Origin: Clostridia bacterium
GTDB taxonomy: Bacteria; Bacillota; Clostridia; Oscillospirales; CAG-272
Direction of reading: 5' to 3'
Length of the DNA: 64,000 bases
NCBI GenBank assembly: GCA_017415805.1
Contig: JAFQEC010000032.1
Span: 2,411 to 66,410, forward strand
Every line of letters begins with the position of its first letter. Position 1 is the first letter of the stretch. Below the pieces are notes generated by a model, which saw nothing but the letters and a program-made list of their open reading frames with translations, was not told the origin of the DNA and did no database searches. Below, in pieces: positions 58,249 through 64,000 of this stretch. A program made the translations under genes and the position numbers.

Positions 58249-58753
58249 GGCTCAAATTCCAATCGTAGCGTGTGAGATTTCCGTTCTCCTTCAAACCCGC
58301 AAAGTCTTGCTGGCGCAGGATCTCATAGACCGCGACGGCGACCGAGTTGGAGAGGTTCAGGCTACGCAGCTGATCGCGCATCGGGATGCGCACGGCGGTG
58401 TCGGGGTGCTGCACCAGCAGCTCCTCGGGCAGCCCTGCGCTCTCCTTGCCGAACATGATGTATACCTCATCGGGGTAGGTGACGTCGGTGTGCTTGCGCG
58501 GTGCCTTGGTGGAGAAATAATAGATCTTGGCGCCCTCGTTGCGTGCAAAAAAGTCGTCAAGGCCGTCGTAGTAGGTAATATCGAGCTTGTCCCAGTAGTC
58601 CAGCCCCGCGCGCTTGAGCTTCTTGTCGTCGATGGTGAAGCCAAGGGGGCGGATGAGATGCAGAGAAGCACCCGTTGCGGCACAGGTACGGGCCACGTTG
58701 CCCGTGTTCTGTGGGATCTCGGGCTCAAAAAGAACGATATGAATATGGGGCAT
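58241..58753 (-). CDS. trmL: tRNA (cytidine/uridine-34)-2'-O-methyltransferase
   Basis: PEIPQNTGN, RAGLDYW, FGKESAGL, RIPM, RSLNLSN. Confidence 0.96.
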   Translation of the reverse strand: MPHIHIVLFEPEIPQNTGNVARTCAATGASLHLIRPLGFTIDDKKLKRAGLDYWDKLDITYYDGLDDFFARNEGAKIYYFSTKAPRKHTDVTYPDEVYIMFGKESAGLPEELLVQHPDTAVRIPMRDQLRSLNLSNSVAVAVYEILRQQDFAGLKENGNLTRYDWNLSHE

Positions 58754-58782
58754 GGATCAAAACCTCCGAATATACTGCCTCT

Positions 58783-58811
58783 ATTATAGCGAATTGCACG
58801 CCATGTTTCAA
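58783..58811 (-). promoter_or_regulatory. sigmaA promoter of trmL-mnmA
   Basis: Minus strand TTGAAA-17bp-TATAAT. Confidence 0.75.
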
Positions 58812-58910
58812 GTGGCTTGAAACAAATTGCAAATTTTTTCGTATTCGTATAGCAATTTTAAGAATAATGTTGTATAATAGACTTAATTATTTTCAGATGC
58901 GGAGGAAACT

Positions 58911-61661
58911 ATGGGTCTGTTTCGCAAAATGTTTGGGTCTTACAGTGACCGTCAGATCAAAAAGCTACGCAAAATTGCAAATTCCATCGAGGAAAAGGCC
59001 GAAGAATACGCCGCCATGTCCAACGAGGAGCTGGCGCACGTAACCGTCGTGCTCAAGGAGCGTCTGGCCGCAGGTGAGACCCTGGAGGATATTCTGGTCG
59101 ATGCCTTTGCCGCCGTGCGCGAGGCTGACGACCGTATTCTTGGAAAGCGCCCCTTTTACGTACAACTGCTCGGCGGTATCATCCTGCATCAGGGCCGTAT
59201 TGCCGAGATGAAAACGGGTGAGGGTAAAACGCTGGTCGCCACCATGCCTGCCTACCTCAACGCACTTGCAGGAAAGGGTGTGCACGTGGTCACCGTCAAC
59301 GATTATCTCGCACGCCGTGACAGCGAGGAGATGGGCCGCGTTTACGCCTTCATGGGCCTCTCCACGGGGCTTGTGGTGCACGGACTCTCGTCGGCCGAGA
59401 AGCGTGCGGCCTACAATGCCGATATTACCTACGGCACCAACAACGAGTTCGGATTTGACTACCTGCGTGATAACATGGTGGTCTATAAGAAGGATATGGT
59501 CCAGCGCGGCCACAATTTCGCCATCGTGGACGAGGTGGACTCCATTCTCATCGACGAGGCACGCACGCCTCTGATCATTTCGGGCGCGGGCGAGCAGCCT
59601 ACCGACCTGTACGACCGTGCCAACAGCCTTGTGCGCAATATGACCAAGCAGGTGCGCAAGGAGGTTGACAACAAAGAGGCCACCGACGAGGTCGAGGCCG
59701 ATTATCTGGTGGACGAGAAGGCGCGCCACACCATCCTCACGCCCCGCGGCGTGAAGCGCGCAGAGGAATTCTTCGGTATTGAGAACCTCTCCGACCCCGA
59801 AAACTCGGAGCTCGCGCACCACATCAATCAGGCCATTCACGCCTGGGGCGCGATGCGCCGCGACGTGGACTACGTGGTCAACGAGAACGGCGTGATGATC
59901 GTGGATGCCTTCACGGGCCGTATCATGCCCGGCCGCCGTTACTCCAACGGTCTGCATCAGGCCATCGAGGCCAAGGAGGGTGTGAAGGTTCAAAAGGAGA
60001 ACCGCACGCTTGCCACCATCACCTTCCAGAACTATTTCCGTATGTACGGCAAGCTCTCGGGCATGACGGGTACGGCACTCACCGAGGAGACCGAGTTCCG
60101 CGAGATCTACGCGCTGGACGTGGTGGAGGTGCCCACCAACCGCCCGATGATCCGCGTGGATCACAACGACGTGGTGTATATCAACACCAAGGCCAAGATC
60201 GACGCCATCGTGGCACAGGTGGCCGCTTGCTATGAGAAGGGACAGCCCGTTCTTGTGGGTACGGTGAGCGTGGATAAATCCGAGGAGCTCTCGGCACGCT
60301 TGCGCCGTGAGGGCATTCCGCACAACGTGCTCAACGCCAAGCACCACGAGCGTGAGGCCGAGATCGTGGCACAGGCAGGTAAATTCGGCGCGGTGACCAT
60401 TTCCACCAATATGGCGGGGCGCGGTACCGATATTATGCTGGGCGGCAACCCCGAATTTTTGGCGAAAAACGAAATGCGTAAGCAGGGCGTGCCCGAGGAG
60501 CTGATTGCAATGGCTGCGGGCACGGCCGATATCGAGGACGGGGAGCTGCGCGCCGCGCGCGAGCGCTTCCATGAACTCCAAAAGCATTTCAAGGAACAGA
60601 TCGCGCCCGAGGCCGAGCGCGTACGCGCCGCAGGCGGCCTGTATATTCTCGGCACCGAGCGGCACGAGAGCCGCCGTATCGACAACCAGCTCCGTGGCCG
60701 ATCGGGCCGTCAGGGTGACCCCGGCGAATCGCGCTTTTTCCTGTCGTTGGAGGACGATCTCATGCGTTTGTTCGGCGCGATGCGTATTCAGAATATGGTT
60801 ACGCGCCTTGGCATCCCCGAGGACCAGCCCATCAACGCGCGCATTCTTTCCAATTCCATTGAGGGGGCGCAAAAGCGTATTGAGGATCAGAACTTCAAGC
60901 GCCGCAAGTACGTGCTGACCTACGATGACGTGATGAATCAGCAGAGAAACCTCATTTACAGCCAGCGCCTGGAGGTGCTCAACGGTGAGGATATCTCCGC
61001 AACCATTCTTGCCATGCTCCGCAGCTCGGTGGAGGAGACGGTGTATTCCTTCGTTTCGGGGGATGACACCGAGCTCTGGAATCTTACGGGGCTGGAAGGG
61101 CATTATAAGGGCTTTTTGCTCAACAGCGGCGATCTCGCGCTCGACACCTTTGATGCCAAGCACGTCAAGCCCGATGACATCGTGGAGCGTATCGTTGAGA
61201 AGGCCGAGGCACGCTACCGCGAGAAGGAGGAGCTCTTTGGCGCCGAGGTGTTCGGTGAGGTTCAGCGCTCGATCCTCTTGCAGACCGTGGACCGTCACTG
61301 GATGGAGCACATCGACACGATGGACGATCTCAAGGAGAGCATCGGCTTGCAGGCCTACGCACAGCGCGACCCCGTGAACGAGTACCGCTTGCAGGGCTCG
61401 GATATGTTCGACGCGATGGTGGCCAATATCCGCGAGGAAACGGTACGCACCGTTCTCTCGGTCGTGCCGCGCACACAGCCGATCCGGCGCGTGCAGGTGG
61501 CAAAGCCCTTGCAGGAGTCCTTTGCGGGCGCGAAGGGTGCGGCCGCCAAGAAAACGATCGTGGTGCGCAAGGCCGAAAAGGTTGGCCGCAACGATCTATG
61601 CCCCTGTGGCAGCGGTAAAAAATACAAGAAGTGCTGCGGTGCTACGGGCAACGACAGCTAA
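58911..61661 (+). CDS. secA: Preprotein translocase ATPase SecA
   Basis: MKTGEGKT, DEVDSILIDEARTP, TNMAGRGTDI, RGRSGRQGDPG, SEC-C motif CPCGSGKKYKKCC. Confidence 0.98.
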   Translation: MGLFRKMFGSYSDRQIKKLRKIANSIEEKAEEYAAMSNEELAHVTVVLKERLAAGETLEDILVDAFAAVREADDRILGKRPFYVQLLGGIILHQGRIAEMKTGEGKTLVATMPAYLNALAGKGVHVVTVNDYLARRDSEEMGRVYAFMGLSTGLVVHGLSSAEKRAAYNADITYGTNNEFGFDYLRDNMVVYKKDMVQRGHNFAIVDEVDSILIDEARTPLIISGAGEQPTDLYDRANSLVRNMTKQVRKEVDNKEATDEVEADYLVDEKARHTILTPRGVKRAEEFFGIENLSDPENSELAHHINQAIHAWGAMRRDVDYVVNENGVMIVDAFTGRIMPGRRYSNGLHQAIEAKEGVKVQKENRTLATITFQNYFRMYGKLSGMTGTALTEETEFREIYALDVVEVPTNRPMIRVDHNDVVYINTKAKIDAIVAQVAACYEKGQPVLVGTVSVDKSEELSARLRREGIPHNVLNAKHHEREAEIVAQAGKFGAVTISTNMAGRGTDIMLGGNPEFLAKNEMRKQGVPEELIAMAAGTADIEDGELRAARERFHELQKHFKEQIAPEAERVRAAGGLYILGTERHESRRIDNQLRGRSGRQGDPGESRFFLSLEDDLMRLFGAMRIQNMVTRLGIPEDQPINARILSNSIEGAQKRIEDQNFKRRKYVLTYDDVMNQQRNLIYSQRLEVLNGEDISATILAMLRSSVEETVYSFVSGDDTELWNLTGLEGHYKGFLLNSGDLALDTFDAKHVKPDDIVERIVEKAEARYREKEELFGAEVFGEVQRSILLQTVDRHWMEHIDTMDDLKESIGLQAYAQRDPVNEYRLQGSDMFDAMVANIREETVRTVLSVVPRTQPIRRVQVAKPLQESFAGAKGAAAKKTIVVRKAEKVGRNDLCPCGSGKKYKKCCGATGNDS

Positions 61662-61680
61662 ACAGAAAGGGGAGAGCAGT

Positions 61681-62292
61681 ATGGGATTTGGCTGGCTTTT
61701 GGTCGGATATTTCTTTGCCAATATCATGTCGCTTTACTCCGAGCTCTCCTTTGCGATGCTCGCGGGCTATCCGCTCATGCTGATCGGACTGTGGCGGCTT
61801 GCCCCTTACCATAAGCGCTTTTATCAGTGCTTTTTCGTGACGTTGCCCGCGCTGCCCTTCGCGCTCTATTTTTCGCTTGTCGCCATCACAAAATTCGGCT
61901 TGCTCACAGCAGCACCGATCCTACAGGGGAGCGTTTATGCTGTGGTGGAGGGGATTTATTTCCTGTATAGCTTTTTGTTGCATGTGCTGCTGCTGCTCGC
62001 CATCTCGGGGCTCGCCGCGGAGCTCGGGCTGCTGCGTCACCAAAGCGCCGCGCTGCGCAATCTCGTGCTGATCGCGCTCTATACGGTGGTTTATCTTATC
62101 GCACGGCTACTTCCGGCCGAGCAGCAATCACTTTTTGTGTTGCCATTGATCTTGTTGCGTTATTTGTATATTTTTCTCAACCTTTGGCTTTTGTTCCGCT
62201 GCTACCGCCATATCTGCCCCGAGGGAGAAGGTATGATGTTCGAGCCCGTGGAGGATGCCGCAGAAAAGGAGGATGTCTATGATGAGAGCTGA
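61681..62292 (+). CDS. Hypothetical multi-pass membrane protein
   Basis: About 6 hydrophobic segments; RBS ggggag; follows secA by 19 nt. Confidence 0.8.
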   Translation: MGFGWLLVGYFFANIMSLYSELSFAMLAGYPLMLIGLWRLAPYHKRFYQCFFVTLPALPFALYFSLVAITKFGLLTAAPILQGSVYAVVEGIYFLYSFLLHVLLLLAISGLAAELGLLRHQSAALRNLVLIALYTVVYLIARLLPAEQQSLFVLPLILLRYLYIFLNLWLLFRCYRHICPEGEGMMFEPVEDAAEKEDVYDES

Positions 62293-63655
62293 TCGCCCCA
62301 TCCGCTTCGGACTTGTACTGGCGGGGCTTTGCTTTTTCTTCAACCCCGCGTTCTCTGTAATCGACGTTTTGCCCGATTTTATCGGGTGTCTGCTCATCTG
62401 GCTGGGGCTTTCCCGTGCTTCGGTGGTGAGCGTGCCTATGTCGGAGGCGCGAAGCGCCTTTTTGAAGCTTGCCGCGGTGGATCTTGTCAAGCTCTTTGCG
62501 CTGATGGTCGTTTTTGGGTCGGGGAGCTCAACCGAGCAGCCGGTTTCACTGCTCATTATCGCCTTTTCGGCGGCGGTCGTCGGGCTTTACTTCTTTACCG
62601 TGGCCCTTCGTGCGCTCTTTGAGGGCTTTTCCTCGCTGTCGGTCACCTATGACTGTGTGGCTCTTTACCAAACCCGCCCAAGCGGCCGTTCACGCACCAA
62701 GGAGGTGGCGCGCTTTGCTACGCTCTTCGTTTTCCTGCGTGAGATCATTTGTCTTGTGCCCGAATTTACAGCCCTCTCCTTAAACGCGCTGGACGGCCTG
62801 AACACAAGGCCGATGTACGATCACATCGGTGTGATGCGCTTGCTTGCTTGCGTGGCGGTTTTGGTGCTTGGAGTGATCTATTTGGTGCGTGTTTGCAAAT
62901 TTTTTGCCCTGCTTGGCCGCGAGCGTGCGCTTTGCGAAGGGTTTGGGGCACGCTACGGCGCGCATATCCAAGCGCACCCCGGCATTGCCGTGGAGCGTCG
63001 GCATACGGCGGCCTTTTTGTTGCTTGGCTTGGGGGCGTTCCTGCTTGCCGATTTTCAACTGGATTTTCGAAACGTCATCCCCGATGCGGCGGCCGCGGGC
63101 TGCCTTTTGCTCGGTGTACTGCTCTTGGACGTACCGAAAAAGCGCTTGCAGTACGGCACGGCGGCACTGGCGGCGGCCTACGGTGTGATCGCCACGGTCT
63201 CAAGCAATTTTGCGTATGCGTTTAACAGCACCTATGGGGAGGTGAAGGGCGCCGAGGCGGAGGATGCCTATCTCTCACTCTGGCTCTCATCGCTTGGTGA
63301 ATTTTTGGTATTTCTCGCGTTGCTTGCCTGCATTTGTCTCTTGCTGCACGCAACGGTGCTGCGCTATGCGGGCTACCTGCCCGAACACAAAAGCGAGTTT
63401 GAGCTTGATGCGCTGACGGGTCTTCGCGAGGAGCTGGACCGTGGCTTGATGCGTTCCTATGTCATACTTGCCATCAGCGCGCTGGCATCCTTCCTGTTCG
63501 ATTACATCAAGGAGATCCCGTACGACGGCTTTTGGCGGATTTTGGAATTTTTCTGGTTTTTCGATTTTTGCCTGGCACTTTTGTCGGCGGCCGTCTTTGC
63601 CTTTGCGCTGGCGACGATCCGCCGCGAGATCCGCGCGCGCTACCGCTTTGATTGA
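62279..63655 (+). CDS. Hypothetical multi-pass membrane protein with apparent internal duplication
   Basis: About 12 hydrophobic segments; DVLPDFIG and NVIPDAAA at equivalent positions in each half; RBS aaggagg; overlaps upstream gene. Confidence 0.8.
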   Translation: MMRADRPIRFGLVLAGLCFFFNPAFSVIDVLPDFIGCLLIWLGLSRASVVSVPMSEARSAFLKLAAVDLVKLFALMVVFGSGSSTEQPVSLLIIAFSAAVVGLYFFTVALRALFEGFSSLSVTYDCVALYQTRPSGRSRTKEVARFATLFVFLREIICLVPEFTALSLNALDGLNTRPMYDHIGVMRLLACVAVLVLGVIYLVRVCKFFALLGRERALCEGFGARYGAHIQAHPGIAVERRHTAAFLLLGLGAFLLADFQLDFRNVIPDAAAAGCLLLGVLLLDVPKKRLQYGTAALAAAYGVIATVSSNFAYAFNSTYGEVKGAEAEDAYLSLWLSSLGEFLVFLALLACICLLLHATVLRYAGYLPEHKSEFELDALTGLREELDRGLMRSYVILAISALASFLFDYIKEIPYDGFWRILEFFWFFDFCLALLSAAVFAFALATIRREIRARYRFD

Positions 63656-63682
63656 ATAGACCGCACTCCTTTGGGCACAATA
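63654..63682 (+). promoter_or_regulatory. Putative forespore sigmaG/sigmaF-type promoter
   Basis: GAATA-17bp-CACAATA (preceded by GG), close to the GHATR/CATAMTA consensus. Confidence 0.55.
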
Positions 63683-63717
63683 AGATCGTACCCCGAATAA
63701 AAAAAGGAGATGCAGTC

Positions 63718-63867
63718 ATGCAGAATCAGAATAACAACTACAACCAGAACAACCAGAATCAGAACAAGAATCAGAACCAGAACAAGAACCAGCAGAACAA
63801 CAATCAGAACCAGAACAAGAACCAGCAGAACAACAATCAGAACCAGAACAAGAACCAGAACTTCTGA
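63718..63867 (+). CDS. 49-aa Asn/Gln-rich small protein
   Basis: RBS aaaggag 8 nt before ATG; MQNQNNNYNQ...QNF; own terminator. Confidence 0.75.
   Translation: MQNQNNNYNQNNQNQNKNQNQNKNQQNNNQNQNKNQQNNNQNQNKNQNF
63769..63858 (+). repeat. 33-bp tandem repeat (about 2.7 copies) encoding NQNQNKNQQNN
   Basis: aatcagaaccagaacaagaaccagcagaacaac at 63769 and 63802, partial copy at 63835. Confidence 0.9.
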
Positions 63868-63880
63868 GGTTGCTTGCGGA

Positions 63881-63909
63881 AAGAGCCGGATTTTATTCGG
63901 CTCTTTTTT
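63881..63909 (+). terminator. Intrinsic terminator after the N/Q-rich gene
   Basis: aagagccgga-tttta-ttcggctctt plus T tract. Confidence 0.85.
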
Positions 63910-63976
63910 CTTTTTTCGGTTGCTTTTTGAGGGGAGTTATTGTATAATAAAAATAAGGAAAAAGAGAGGATTTTGT

Positions 63977-64000
63977 ATGACCGAGCTCGAAAAACGCTAT
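63977..64000 (+). CDS. Start of a CDS truncated by the window edge (MTELEKRY...)
   Basis: ATG behind gagagga RBS, with a TATAAT -10 element upstream. Confidence 0.55.

Noticed and set aside
63718-63867. N/Q peptide as precursor for the RRE cassette, or its repeats as a CRISPR array
   Set aside because: It is 23 kb away, has no Ser/Thr and no leader-like motif; the repeats are contiguous in-frame units with no spacers or cas genes

Overview
Core-chromosome segment of a fairly GC-rich Firmicute, most likely an uncultured Clostridia/Oscillospirales-like lineage (inferred from gene content, synteny and sigmaA/sigmaG-like promoters). It is densely packed with housekeeping genes: prmA, rsmE, a CdaR-family regulator, an S41 protease, greA, lysS, miaB-ylbF/ymcA-mutS-mutL-tgt-tldD-pmbA, argS, yebC, two MOP flippases, an NhaC-family transporter, rplS with its L19 leader, GTP-type PEPCK, rubredoxin, the nusB...recN operon, glyQS, a GyrA/ParC-family subunit, sua5, prfA, an M18 peptidase, slt, coaE, yjjG, murB, whiA, dnaE, a class A PBP, mnmA, trmL and secA. 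I saw no rRNA, tRNA, CRISPR array or transposase. The most interesting non-core items are: (1) a stand-alone three-gene operon (HPr-kinase-like P-loop protein, PqqD/RRE protein, soluble S26-type peptidase) with no visible precursor or other maturase; (2) an adjacent AT-rich mini-island with an XRE regulator, three related 20-bp operator-like palindromes and a frameshifted SLOG/YpsA-like gene; (3) a 49-aa almost pure Asn/Gln ORF behind a sigmaG-like promoter whose spacer is complementary to its own RBS. All calls come from motif recognition by eye; no database searches were run.
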